From Rhodobacterales bacterium (GTDB taxonomy: Bacteria; Pseudomonadota; Alphaproteobacteria; Rhodobacterales; Rhodobacteraceae): a DNA stretch of 45,032 bases. The stretch covers positions 1 to 45,032 of the forward strand of contig JANOGU010000239.1 in the NCBI GenBank assembly GCA_031406135.1, given 5' to 3'. Below the pieces are notes generated by a model. The model worked only from the letters and a program-made list of their open reading frames with translations. It was not told the DNA's origin and did not search any database. The position numbers and the translations under genes are program-made. This document shows positions 1-9,049 of this stretch, piece by piece (the stretch's first letter is position 1; every line of letters starts with the position of its first letter).

Positions 1-36
1 CCCGCGGTCGTAACACAAGACCGGGGAACGCGTCGG

Positions 37-825
37 ATGGCACAGCGCGAACTGGAGCTCGTGGCGGAGATCGCCGTCGCCGAGGGGGTCGAACCGGCGT
101 GGGCGGTGGCCTGCCGGTATTTCACCGGCCTGGGCTTTTCCCGGGTCACCTACGGCCTGACCCGGTTTCGAACGGAACGGTCGATCGGCGACCTCGACGA
201 CATCCTGTTCCTGACCACGCACGACCCCGACTACACCGCGTTCTACTTCCGCGACCGGTTCTTCGCGCGCACGCCGATCTTTCGCTGGCTGGCGACGCAT
301 ACCGGGGCTACGACCTGGGCCTGGGTGGCCGAGGACCTCGCCGCCGGCCGGCTTACGTCGGACGAGGCCATGGCGGTGCGGCAGAACACCGACCGGGGCG
401 TGGTCGCGGGGATCTCCATGTCGTTCACCGATGCGCGCGACCGCACCCGGGCGGCGCTGGGGCTGACGGCGGACCGCGGGCTGGGCCATGACGATGTCGA
501 GGACCGCTGGACCCGGCACCGGCCCAGCATCGAGGCGGTGGCGCATGTGCTGCACCTCAAGCTTCTGAGCCTGCCGGCGCGCAGCGTGGCGCAGCGGGCG
601 CTGACCGGGCGGCAGACCGAGGCTCTGGCCTGGACCGCCGACGGCAAGACCGCGCAGGACATCGCCACCATCCTCGGCCTGTCCGCGGCGGCGGTGGAAA
701 AGCACCTTCGGCTGGCGCGCGACGCGTTGGGGGTGGAGACCACGGCGCAGGCGGTGGCCAAAGCCACGCTGCTGAACCTCTTGGCGCGCGATCCGGGCCG
801 GGTAGGGAATCCCTCACTTTCCTGA
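37..825 (+). CDS. LuxR-family transcriptional regulator (autoinducer-binding-like N-domain plus GerE/LuxR HTH)
   Basis: ATG at 37, 262 aa. The C-terminal LTGRQTEALAWTADGKTAQDIATILGLSAAAVEKHL is a classic LuxR/GerE HTH. The N-domain aligns to the W-x3-Y-x8-DP ligand-pocket pattern as Y-x3-Y-x8-TP. Confidence 0.8.
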   Translation: MAQRELELVAEIAVAEGVEPAWAVACRYFTGLGFSRVTYGLTRFRTERSIGDLDDILFLTTHDPDYTAFYFRDRFFARTPIFRWLATHTGATTWAWVAEDLAAGRLTSDEAMAVRQNTDRGVVAGISMSFTDARDRTRAALGLTADRGLGHDDVEDRWTRHRPSIEAVAHVLHLKLLSLPARSVAQRALTGRQTEALAWTADGKTAQDIATILGLSAAAVEKHLRLARDALGVETTAQAVAKATLLNLLARDPGRVGNPSLS

Positions 826-1042
826 CGCGGCGGAAAGCGCGAGGTTCAGGGCGTCCCGCAGAGGGGTTCAGCCCCGGGGACGCGTCCTGCTGCGCGCCGT
901 GATTTCGGTGGCGGGCGGGGCCCGGCCGGATTGCTCCCCCGGCTGGACGGTGACCCGGACGGCGGCGCTAGGCGCTGGATGCCGGGAGTTCGACGCAAGA
1001 CCGCGTGCGCCCTTTCCCCGAGGGTTGCAGGTGAGAGCAGAA

Positions 1043-1071
1043 GGGGCGGCGCTTTCCCCGAGCGCCGCCCC
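1043..1071. terminator. Bidirectional stem-loop between the convergent LuxR-family gene and tsf
   Basis: Perfect 11-bp inverted repeat GGGGCGGCGCT / AGCGCCGCCCC with a 7-nt loop. T-containing tails follow on both strands. A second 6-bp hairpin (CAGGCC/GGCCTG, 1088..1105) lies just after the tsf stop. Confidence 0.55.
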
Positions 1072-1117
1072 GATTTCATTTCCGGATCAGGCCGTTGCGG
1101 GCCTGTCTTCAGGCGCT

Positions 1118-2020
1118 TCAGACGGGCGCGTTGAGCTTCGCGACCTCGGCCGCGAAGTCCTCTTTCTCTTTCTCGATCCCCTCGCCGACGGCCATGCGGA
1201 CAAAGCCGGTGATGGTAACGCCGGCGTCCCTGGCCGCCTGTTCGACAGTGATCTCGGGGTTCATCACGAACTTCTGGCCCAACAGCGTGTTCTCCTCGAG
1301 GAACTTCTTCATCCGGCCGGGAATAATGTTGTTGTGCAGCACCGCCTCGGGCTTGGGCTTGGCGGCCGTCGCGTTTTCTTCCAGCGCCTTCTGCGTCTGC
1401 ACGGCGCGCTCGCGCTCCACCACGGCGGGGTCGAGGTCGGCCTCCGACAGCGCCAGCGGGCTGGTCGCGGCAATGTGCATGGCGAACTGACGGGCGATGC
1501 CGGTGTCGGCGCCCGAGACCGCCACCAGAACACCGATCCGGCCCAGCCCCTCGCCCGCCGAGTTGTGGACGTAGGAGGCCAGTGTGTCGCCGGAGAGCCT
1601 GGCCATCCGGCGCAGCGTCATGTTCTCGCCGATGGTGGCGATGGCGGCGGTCAGCGCGGATCCGACGGTGCCGCCGGCCATCGCCGCGGCCTTTAGCGCC
1701 TCGACGTCCGAAGCACCCACTGCCGCCGCGGTGATCCCGCGCACCAGCGCCTGGAAGTCGGCGTTCTTGGCCACAAAATCGGTCTCGGCGTTGACCTCGA
1801 CGGCCACGCCCGTGCCGCCCTGGACGACCACGCCCACCAGCCCCTCGGCCGCCACGCGGCCGGCCTTCTTGGCCGCCTTGGCCAGGCCCTTGGTGCGCAG
1901 CCAGTCGATGGCGGCTTCCATGTCGCCGCCGACTTCGGTCAGCGCCCTCTTGGCGTCCATCATCCCGGCGCCGGTCTGGTCGCGCAGGTCCTTCACCATG
2001 CTCGCGGTGATCGCGGTCAT
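1118..2020 (-). CDS. tsf: Translation elongation factor Ts
   Basis: The internal ATG at 2018-2020 gives [45 protein letters not shown], a typical EF-Ts N-terminus. 300 aa, immediately downstream of rpsB. The ORF-track N-extension was discarded. Confidence 0.95.
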   Translation of the reverse strand: MTAITASMVKDLRDQTGAGMMDAKRALTEVGGDMEAAIDWLRTKGLAKAAKKAGRVAAEGLVGVVVQGGTGVAVEVNAETDFVAKNADFQALVRGITAAAVGASDVEALKAAAMAGGTVGSALTAAIATIGENMTLRRMARLSGDTLASYVHNSAGEGLGRIGVLVAVSGADTGIARQFAMHIAATSPLALSEADLDPAVVERERAVQTQKALEENATAAKPKPEAVLHNNIIPGRMKKFLEENTLLGQKFVMNPEITVEQAARDAGVTITGFVRMAVGEGIEKEKEDFAAEVAKLNAPV

Positions 2021-2044
2021 CGTTGCTCTCCTCGGAAATCGAAG

Positions 2045-2070
2045 GTCCGGCGGGGCTGGTCCCGCCGGAC
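2045..2070 (-). promoter_or_regulatory. rpsB-tsf intercistronic stem-loop
   Basis: 10-bp GC-rich inverted repeat GTCCGGCGGG / CCCGCCGGAC with a 6-nt loop, centred in the 73-nt rpsB-tsf spacer. Confidence 0.4.
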
Positions 2071-2093
2071 GACAGGTCTGTGACCCGGTGGGC

Positions 2094-2846
2094 TCAGCCG
2101 ACCGCCTCTTCCTGCGGCACCGCGTCGAGCGCGCCGACGTCGATGCCCGCGGCCCCCATCTGCGCCGACATGCCGTCGAGCGCCGCACGCGAGACCAGAT
2201 CGCAGTAGAGCGCGATGGCCCGGGCCGCGTCGTCATTGCCGGGGATCAGGTGGGTGATGCCCTTGGGCGAGCAGTTGGTGTCCACCACCGCCACCACGGG
2301 GATGCCGAGCTTGTTGGCCTCGAGGACCGCGAGGTTCTCCTTGCCCACGTCGATCACGAACAGCAGGTCAGGCACGCCGCCCATCTCGCGGATGCCGCCC
2401 AGAGATGCCTGCAGCTTGGATTGCTCGCGCTCGATGTGAAGCCGTTCCTTCTTGGTCAGGCCCCCGGCGCCGTCGGCCAGGAGCGCATCGATCTGCTTCA
2501 GCCGCGAGATCGACTGCGAAACCGTCTTCCAGTTGGTCAGCGTGCCGCCCAGCCAGCGGTGGTTCATGTAGTACTGGGCGCATTTCTCCGCTGCCTCGGC
2601 GATCGCATTCTGCGCCTGCCGCTTGGTGCCCACGAACAGGATGCGGCCGCCCTTGGCCACGGTGTCGCGGATCACCTTCAGCGCCTGGTCCAGCATCGGG
2701 ACGGTCTGCGTCAGGTCGAGGATGTGGATGCCGTTGCGCTCGCCGTAGATGAACTCGCCCATGCGCGGGTTCCAGCGTTGCGTCTGGTGGCCGTAGTGAA
2801 CGCCAGCTTCAAGAAGCTGACGCATGTTGAAATCGGGAAGCGCCAT
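2094..2846 (-). CDS. rpsB: 30S ribosomal protein S2
   Basis: ATG at 2844-2846 gives [29 protein letters not shown], the conserved S2 N-terminus. 250 aa. Confidence 0.95.
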   Translation of the reverse strand: MALPDFNMRQLLEAGVHYGHQTQRWNPRMGEFIYGERNGIHILDLTQTVPMLDQALKVIRDTVAKGGRILFVGTKRQAQNAIAEAAEKCAQYYMNHRWLGGTLTNWKTVSQSISRLKQIDALLADGAGGLTKKERLHIEREQSKLQASLGGIREMGGVPDLLFVIDVGKENLAVLEANKLGIPVVAVVDTNCSPKGITHLIPGNDDAARAIALYCDLVSRAALDGMSAQMGAAGIDVGALDAVPQEEAVG

Positions 2847-3002
2847 TCCTGTTTCCTTTCCGGTTTGCGCCGCAGCCGGGGTTTCACCCTGTGTCAAGCA
2901 CGGGGCAACCGGTGGATCCTTGGGGATGTCTCCCCCGCGGACCCGTCCCGACCTGTGAAGTGGCGCGCGTTTAGGCGAAGTGGCCAGTGCGCGCAAGGGG
3001 CG

Positions 3003-4139
3003 TCAGAGCAGCGTCCGCTCCACCACCCAGAACGCGCCCACCGCGGCGATGGCCAGCGAGGCGGGGACGGCCACGGCGCGGCGATACCAGTCCTGCCGCG
3101 CCGCCCAGGTCCAGAACAGGACCGAGGCACAGGAGATCACGAACAGCTGGCCCAGCTCCACGCCGATGTTGAAGCCGATCAGCGCCGGCAGGAAGGCGCC
3201 CTCGGGCAGACCGAATTCGCCCAGCACGGCGGCGAAGCCGAGCCCGTGCAGCAGGCCGAAGCCGAAGACGACCGCCGGCCGCCAGGGCGACAGCCGACCC
3301 CCCGCGAGCGCGTTCTCCACCGCCACGAAGACGATGGAGGCGGCGATCAGCGGCTCGACGATGCTGCCCGGCAGCTGCACGTAGCCCAGCGAGGACAGCG
3401 CCAGCGTGACCGTATGGGCCACGGTGAAGGCGGTGACCTGCCAAAGGAGCGGCCCGGCGCGCGTGGAGAAAAAGAACAGGCCTAGCACGAACAGGATATG
3501 GTCCAGCCCCTTGGGCACGATGTGGTCGAACCCCACGGGGATATAGTCGACGAAGGTCTGCAACTGCCCGACCTCGCCGCCGCCGCCGACGGAAATCGGC
3601 CCGCTGTCCGCCCCGGCTTCCAGAAAGCCGGTATAGGGCGCGTCCACACCCAGCTGGCGCACGACCAGGGTGCCGAAGGCGGCATCCCAGCCGACACTGA
3701 CGGTCTTAGCCCCGGCGGGTAACGCGGCGGAGAAGCGCAGCACCGACCGGCGCGGCAGGCTCACGTCGTCCTCCGGCCGCACCTCGATTCCGTCCAGATC
3801 CGGCACCAGCGGCGCACTGTCAGCGGTCAGGTACAGCCGCGCCGCCATCTCCGGCCAGAATTCGCGGAACCGCGCCTCCATGTCCTCGGGTGGCAGTGCG
3901 CGCAGGCTGTCGTAGTCGGCTGCCTCGGGCGCTTCGTTGGTATTGCTTACCGCCGTCAGGTCCACCCCGGCGACGAAGGCCTCGGCCGCCATCGCGACAG
4001 ACAGCGTCAATCGCCCCCCTTTCAGTTCCAGATCGGCGATGGCGGGCACGACTTCGTGCGCGGTCGCCGCGCCGCCGAGGCTTGACAGCACCGCGAGCGC
4101 CCGCAGGATTCCCCTGACCCATGCCCGGATGATCCCCAT
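3003..4139 (-). CDS. HupE/UreJ-like (HupE_UreJ_2 type) membrane protein with a periplasmic N-domain; putative Ni/Co permease
   Basis: 378 aa. Signal-peptide-like N-terminus (ALAVLSSLGGAATAHE). The C-terminal half has GFDHIVPKGLDHILFVLGLFF and several hydrophobic helices typical of the HupE/UreJ_2 family. A strong SD (AAGGAG) lies 7 nt upstream of the ATG. Confidence 0.65.
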   Translation of the reverse strand: MGIIRAWVRGILRALAVLSSLGGAATAHEVVPAIADLELKGGRLTLSVAMAAEAFVAGVDLTAVSNTNEAPEAADYDSLRALPPEDMEARFREFWPEMAARLYLTADSAPLVPDLDGIEVRPEDDVSLPRRSVLRFSAALPAGAKTVSVGWDAAFGTLVVRQLGVDAPYTGFLEAGADSGPISVGGGGEVGQLQTFVDYIPVGFDHIVPKGLDHILFVLGLFFFSTRAGPLLWQVTAFTVAHTVTLALSSLGYVQLPGSIVEPLIAASIVFVAVENALAGGRLSPWRPAVVFGFGLLHGLGFAAVLGEFGLPEGAFLPALIGFNIGVELGQLFVISCASVLFWTWAARQDWYRRAVAVPASLAIAAVGAFWVVERTLL

Positions 4140-4938
4140 GCGCGTACTCCTTGCCCTTGTCGCTTGCCTCGCCGGTCCCGCCTTCGGCCACGAATACTGG
4201 ATCGAGCCGGAGGACTACGCCGTCGCGCCGGACGCTACCGTGACTGCGGGGCTTTTCAACGGACAGAAGTTCGCGGGCGTGGAGTTTCCCTTCATTCCGG
4301 AACGGTTCTCGCGCTTCGACCTGACGCTCGGCGACCAGGTTGTGCCGGTTGCCGGGCGGCTTGGCGACGTGCCGGCGCTGAACATGCCGCACTTGGGCGA
4401 GGGGCTGCATGTCGCGATCTTCGAATCCTCGGGCGATGTGGTGAACTACGAGGACTTCGCAGTCTTCACCCGCTTCGTGCAGCACAAGGATTTCCCCGGC
4501 GCGCTGGAGCGTCATGCCGCGCGCGGGCTGCCCGAGGGCGGCTTCCGCGAATTCTACACCCGCCACGCCAAGGCGCTGATCGCGGTCGGTGCGGGCGCCG
4601 GACAGGACCGGGTCTTCGGCCTTGAGACCGAGATCGTGGCGCTGAAAAACCCCTACACGGACGATGTCTCGGGTGGCCTGCCGGTGCAGGTGTTCTACCA
4701 GGGCAGGCCGCGCGCCGACACGCAGGTGGAACTGTTTGCCAAGGCGCCGGACCGGACCGTGACGGTCACGCTGCTGCGCACCGATGCCGAGGGGATCGCG
4801 CTGCTCCCCGTCGCGCCGGGCAATAGCTACCTCGCCGATGCGGTGGTGTTGCGCGAGCCCGATGCGGAGACCGCGGCGGCGCAGGACGCAGTCTGGGAAT
4901 CGCTCTGGGCGGCGTTGACTTTCGCGGTGCCGGAGTAG
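4138..4938 (+). CDS. DUF4198-family periplasmic protein (NikM/CbiK-like putative metal-binding component)
   Basis: ATG at 4138 gives MRVLLALVACLAGPAFGHEYWIEP, a signal peptide followed by the HxxW start typical of DUF4198. GLETEIVALKNPY...LPVQVFYQGRP matches the family core. 266 aa. Confidence 0.6.
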   Translation: MRVLLALVACLAGPAFGHEYWIEPEDYAVAPDATVTAGLFNGQKFAGVEFPFIPERFSRFDLTLGDQVVPVAGRLGDVPALNMPHLGEGLHVAIFESSGDVVNYEDFAVFTRFVQHKDFPGALERHAARGLPEGGFREFYTRHAKALIAVGAGAGQDRVFGLETEIVALKNPYTDDVSGGLPVQVFYQGRPRADTQVELFAKAPDRTVTVTLLRTDAEGIALLPVAPGNSYLADAVVLREPDAETAAAQDAVWESLWAALTFAVPE

Positions 4939-5525
4939 GGTTCGCGCGGCCACGCGCCTGCCAGACGGGTCAGCAGAACCCAATGTGCGCTGTCGCTGGA
5001 CCAGCCCGCGGGCGGGCGCAGCGGCAGGCGGGCGCGTTCGGCGAAGCCTTCGGCAGTGTAGAGCGACAGCGCGGGGCGGTTGCGGTCGGCCACGATCAGG
5101 CTCAACGGGGCGCCGCCCCCGCGGCGGGCCGCCTCGGCCAGCAGCACCCGGGCGATACCCCGGTTGCGAAAGGCGGGATAGACCGCCAGCACGTTGATAT
5201 ACTGGCTGTCCGGCGCGAGGTTTTCGAGCGCCTGGAGGTTTTGGAACGCCTCGGGCAGGCCGTCGAGCGGCTGCGGGTCGGGGGCGAGGCGATAGGTGAC
5301 GAGCCCGCCGGCCACGGCCCCCTCGGCCTCGGCCAGCACCGCATTGCGCCAGGTGAAGGCGCCCGCGTCACGCAGCGCCCGCTGTCGGCCGACGTCCCAG
5401 CCGGTTTCCCCCGGGCCCGCCATGGCAGCCCAGAGGTGCAGCGGCAAGCCCTCGCCCGCGAGGTTCACCAGGCGGGCGAGGTCCTGGGCATCGTCCGGCA
5501 CCGCGGGGCGCAGGTGAAGGCTCAC
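4827..5525 (-). CDS. GNAT-family N-acetyltransferase
   Basis: The acetyl-CoA motif is VLAVYPAFRNRGIARVLLAEA. I chose the GTG start at 5525, preceded by GAGGG. The alternative GTG at 5690 overlaps the upstream stop (GTGA) and would add 55 Pro/Ala-rich residues. The last ~110 nt overlap the convergent DUF4198 gene. Confidence 0.6.
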   Translation of the reverse strand: MSLHLRPAVPDDAQDLARLVNLAGEGLPLHLWAAMAGPGETGWDVGRQRALRDAGAFTWRNAVLAEAEGAVAGGLVTYRLAPDPQPLDGLPEAFQNLQALENLAPDSQYINVLAVYPAFRNRGIARVLLAEAARRGGGAPLSLIVADRNRPALSLYTAEGFAERARLPLRPPAGWSSDSAHWVLLTRLAGAWPREPYSGTAKVNAAQSDSQTASCAAAVSASGSRNTTASAR

Positions 5526-5686
5526 CGCCGGCCCTCGTAGTCGCGCCAGAGGAACAGGTGACCCTGCGGCGGCAGCAGCAGCGGCAGGCCGATGTGGCGG
5601 CGCAGGTGGTCGTTGCCCGGGGTTTCGGCCGGGCGCGGGCGGCGGCGGAAACGGGAGAGCATCCGAAGAGTCCTTGAGGGGTTGGA

Positions 5687-6625
5687 TCACGCCGCCCGGG
5701 CGTGCAGGTGATGGCAGGCGGCGCCGACGTGCCGGTGGTCCGACCCGCAGCAGCCGCCGATCAGGCGCAGCCCCGGCAGGAGCCGCGCAGCCTCGACATG
5801 GAGCGCGCCGAATTCGTCCGGGTCGCCGTCGTCAAGTGCGGTCGCGGCATCCAGTTCGGCGTGGCTCTGGCGCGAGGCATTGGCGCGCAATCCGCCGATG
5901 CGGTGACCCATCGGACCCCTGAGTGCCGGCAGGAAGTGCGTCGGATGGGCGCAGTTCACCATGTAGAATAGCGCGCTGCCCCCGGTCGCGGTCTCGGTCT
6001 CTGCCAGCGCGTCCTGCAGGCTCTGACCCGACGGCAGGCGCCCGTCGGTTTCCACCGTGAAGGACACGACGTGCTCCAGGCCGGCGCGCTGCGCGGCGCG
6101 GGCGATGCCGACGGCCTCGGCGACGTAGTTCATCGTCATCGCGGTCAGCATATCGACGCCCGCCGCTGCCAGTGCCGCGGCCTGGACGCTGTGCAGGGCC
6201 TCGGCCTCGGCTGCCGTCATGGCATGGCCGATCCGGTAGCCGTCGCCCGCCGGGCCGATCACGCCGTTGATCAGGATCGGCAGATCGGCGGTCTCGCGCG
6301 GCGCGCGCCAGGTCTTGGCGAAGGCCACCGCAGCGTGGTTGGCCTCGGTGATCGCGGCGGCGTCGAGATCCATCGCGGGCGCCCATCCCATGTTCGCCCG
6401 CCAGGTCGCGGTGTCGAGCACGAAACCGGTCGCGGTCTCGCGGGCATAGGCCAGAAAGCCGTCGAAATACCGCGTAAGTGCGGCGCGGCCTTCCTCGCGT
6501 TCGAGCAGGATGAAGGAGGCAAACTGCGGCAGGTCGAGGCCCTCGTGGTAGATCATCACGGTTTCCAGCCCGGCATCGGCGGGCCAGGGGGCGGTGGCGG
6601 ACATCAGACGGTCGAGACGGGTCAT
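5687..6625 (-). CDS. Homocysteine S-methyltransferase-family protein
   Basis: 312 aa. Pfam S-methyl_trans-like layout with a C-terminal GGCCG zinc-ligand motif (LIGGCCGSDHRH) and an internal VNCAHP. Confidence 0.75.
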   Translation of the reverse strand: MTRLDRLMSATAPWPADAGLETVMIYHEGLDLPQFASFILLEREEGRAALTRYFDGFLAYARETATGFVLDTATWRANMGWAPAMDLDAAAITEANHAAVAFAKTWRAPRETADLPILINGVIGPAGDGYRIGHAMTAAEAEALHSVQAAALAAAGVDMLTAMTMNYVAEAVGIARAAQRAGLEHVVSFTVETDGRLPSGQSLQDALAETETATGGSALFYMVNCAHPTHFLPALRGPMGHRIGGLRANASRQSHAELDAATALDDGDPDEFGALHVEAARLLPGLRLIGGCCGSDHRHVGAACHHLHARAA

Positions 6626-6810
6626 GAGGTTTCTCCTGGGGTCGTCATTCGGAATGCGCGGTGGTATCCTGCGGATCGGCCCGCCGCGACAGTCGACCCG
6701 TGGTACAGTCGCGGCTTGGCCGGTTTGCCCTTTGTGTCCAGTGCGTTGGCATTGGCGAGAGAAAGCGTTCCCCGGTTCTGTCCCGGACCAACCAGACTGC
6801 GAGTCAAGTG

Positions 6811-7443
6811 ATGCGCGACATTGCCGGAGACCGCCAGTCCCGACCCGCCACGCGCGAGCGCATCCTCGCGGTGGCCCACGAGGCGGTGGTGGCCAAGGGC
6901 TTCGATGCCACCTCGGTCGAGGAGATCGCGGCGGCGGTGGAGATCAGCCGCGCCGGCTTCTTCTACCACTTCCCGGACAAGAACGCGCTGGCGCTGGCGC
7001 TGGTCGAACGGCACGCGGCTTTCGAGGGCCAGCTGATGACGGACCTGATGGGCCGGGCCGCCGACCTGTCGGACGACCCGCTGCAGCGGCTGCTGATCAT
7101 GGTGCGGCTCTATGCCGAGATGTTCGCCGACATGCCGAACGGCTATCCCGGCTGCATCGTCGCCAGTGCCGCCTATCAGGACCGCATGTTCGACGCCCGG
7201 GTGAAGTCGGCCACCCGCAGCGCCGTTTTGGCCTGGCGCGTCCGTCTTCGCGCGCTGCTGGACGAGGTCGCCGCCGCCTATCCGCCGCGTGAGCCGGTGG
7301 AGATGGCAGCTTTGGCGGACATGATGAACACGGTCGTCGAGGGTGGCCTGGTGCTCAGCCGCGCGCTGGGCGAGCCGCACATGATCGTGGGTCAGGTCCT
7401 GCTGCTGCGGCAGTACCTCAAGCTCCTGTTCAGCCCGCGCTGA
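6811..7443 (+). CDS. TetR/AcrR-family transcriptional regulator
   Basis: ATG at 6811. The N-terminal HTH is RERILAVAHEAVVAKGFDATSVEEIAAAVEISRAGFFYHFPDKNAL. 210 aa. Divergent from the methyltransferase gene. Confidence 0.85.
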   Translation: MRDIAGDRQSRPATRERILAVAHEAVVAKGFDATSVEEIAAAVEISRAGFFYHFPDKNALALALVERHAAFEGQLMTDLMGRAADLSDDPLQRLLIMVRLYAEMFADMPNGYPGCIVASAAYQDRMFDARVKSATRSAVLAWRVRLRALLDEVAAAYPPREPVEMAALADMMNTVVEGGLVLSRALGEPHMIVGQVLLLRQYLKLLFSPR

Positions 7444-8098
7444 GCCAGGCCAGCAGCGGCAGGTGCGCGGTGGCGAGCCGCTCCAGTTCGCTAACCGCCC
7501 GCGGCGAGAACAGCCAGTCCGGCAGAGGCATCTCGCCGCGCAGGATCACCGACTTGCGGCGCAGCAGGTGCTCCCAGTCGGCCGTCGCAGCGTAGCCGGC
7601 AGGCATGCGCTTGAGGTCGGGAGCGTCCCAGCGGCTGCCCGCGGCTTGGGCCTCTGCCGCGGCGGCAAACAGCGCGGCGCGGTCGGCGGCGTCCTGCACC
7701 CGCGCGCGGAACCGGGCGAGCGCGGGCGGCGCCAGCATCCACTCCCCTGCCCCGAAGGCGAGCCGGTCGGGCTGCACCACCAGATGCACGCCGGTGTGGG
7801 CAGCGCTGCCGGCCAGCGTCAGCGCGATGTGCATCTGCGGCTCATAGGGCCGCTTGTCGGCCGAAAAGCGGGTATCGCGGTGGATGCGGCGCAGGGCGCC
7901 GCCGACCTTCGGCACTGCGGTCAGCCGCGGCACCGCAGCCTGCGCGAACGGCACCAGCACGGTCACGAGGTCGAGCCCCGCCGCCTCCCAGTCCTGCTCG
8001 TAGGCCGCGCGGTTGGCCTCGAACCATGTCTTGTCATTGTGCGCGGACAGGCCGGCGAGGAAGTCGAGCGTGCCGTGCGGCAGTCCCGGATAGGCCAT
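7430..8098 (-). CDS. DUF2461 (TIGR02453) family protein
   Basis: ATG at 8096-8098. FLAGLSAHNDKTWFEANRAAYE and RIHRDTRFSADKRPY match the family signature. 222 aa. Confidence 0.7.
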   Translation of the reverse strand: MAYPGLPHGTLDFLAGLSAHNDKTWFEANRAAYEQDWEAAGLDLVTVLVPFAQAAVPRLTAVPKVGGALRRIHRDTRFSADKRPYEPQMHIALTLAGSAAHTGVHLVVQPDRLAFGAGEWMLAPPALARFRARVQDAADRAALFAAAAEAQAAGSRWDAPDLKRMPAGYAATADWEHLLRRKSVILRGEMPLPDWLFSPRAVSELERLATAHLPLLAWLSAG

Positions 8099-8155
8099 CG
8101 GCGCCCCCTGCCCCGCCCCTCTTGTGATCCCCTGGGCGCCACGCGACAAGAGGCC

Positions 8156-9049
8156 ATGCCGCACCCGGACTTTCTTTGCCTCGGCTCCGTCCTGTGGGAC
8201 ATCATTGGCCGCGCCCCGGCGGCGCTGCGGTTGGGCTCGGACGTGCCGGGGCGGATCACCCGGCTGCCCGGCGGCGTGGCGATGAATATCGCGATGACGC
8301 TGGCCCGCATGGGCCTGCGACCCGCGATCCTGACCGCCATCGGCCGCGATGCGGAGGGCGAGGAGCTGGTCGCCGCCTGCACCCGGCTGGGGCTGGAGAC
8401 GGCCTTCGCCTACCGCTCCGACGACCTGCCGACCGACCGCTACATGGCGATCGAGGGGGCCAACGGGCTGATCGCCGCCGTGGCCGATGCACATTCGCTG
8501 GAGGCGGCCGGCGCCAAGGTGCTGGCGCCTCTGGCCGACGGGCGACTGGGCACGGCCGAAGCGCCGTTCGCGGGGACGGTCGCGCTCGACGGCAACCTGA
8601 CCGAGGCGCTGCTGGCCGAGATCGCCGCCTCGGCCCTTTTCGCCGCGGCCGACCTGCGGGTAGCGCCGGCCTCGCCCGGCAAGGCGGAACGGCTGCGCCC
8701 GCTGCTGTCGCATCCCCGGGCGACGCTGTACCTCAACCGCGAGGAGGCGGCGCTGTTGGCCAAGGCGGATTTCTCCGATGCGGCAGCGGCGGCCGCCGGG
8801 TTGGTCGCGCGGGGTGCGCGCCGGGTGCTGGTCACGGACGGCGGTCGGGCGGCGGCGGATGGCATGGCCGGAGCGGACGTGGTGACGGCGCAACCACCGC
8901 AGGTGCTGGTCGCGCGGGTGACCGGGGCGGGCGACACGTTCATGGCCGCGCATCTCGTGGCCGAGGCGCGGGGCGCAGACCGGGCCGCCGCGCTGGCCGC
9001 CGCGATCCGGGCGGCGGCGGACTATGTGTCGGGAGAGATCGGATCATGA
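8156..9049 (+). CDS. psuK: PfkB-family sugar kinase, likely pseudouridine kinase
   Basis: 297 aa. PfkB C-terminal motif VTGAGDTFMAAHL. An ATGA overlap couples it to psuG downstream. Confidence 0.65.
   Translation: MPHPDFLCLGSVLWDIIGRAPAALRLGSDVPGRITRLPGGVAMNIAMTLARMGLRPAILTAIGRDAEGEELVAACTRLGLETAFAYRSDDLPTDRYMAIEGANGLIAAVADAHSLEAAGAKVLAPLADGRLGTAEAPFAGTVALDGNLTEALLAEIAASALFAAADLRVAPASPGKAERLRPLLSHPRATLYLNREEAALLAKADFSDAAAAAAGLVARGARRVLVTDGGRAAADGMAGADVVTAQPPQVLVARVTGAGDTFMAAHLVAEARGADRAAALAAAIRAAADYVSGEIGS

Noticed and set aside
2847-3002. The rpsB 5' region as a known ribosomal-protein S2 leader element
   Set aside because: Small hairpins are present (e.g. GGGGA-gaca-UCCCC). I cannot match them from memory to any defined leader family for alphaproteobacteria, so it is not reported as a feature. 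An Rfam scan would settle it.
7430-8953. Long N-terminal extensions in the ORF track. Examples: 7430..8953, 7463..9049, 8176..9984, 1118..2236, 2094..2996, 3937..4938, 39013..40518, 40113..42035, 19152..20189
   Set aside because: In each case the homology-bearing part starts at an internal ATG or GTG, often with an SD or a 4-nt overlap to the upstream gene. The extension is Arg/Pro/Gly-rich and overlaps a neighbouring real gene.
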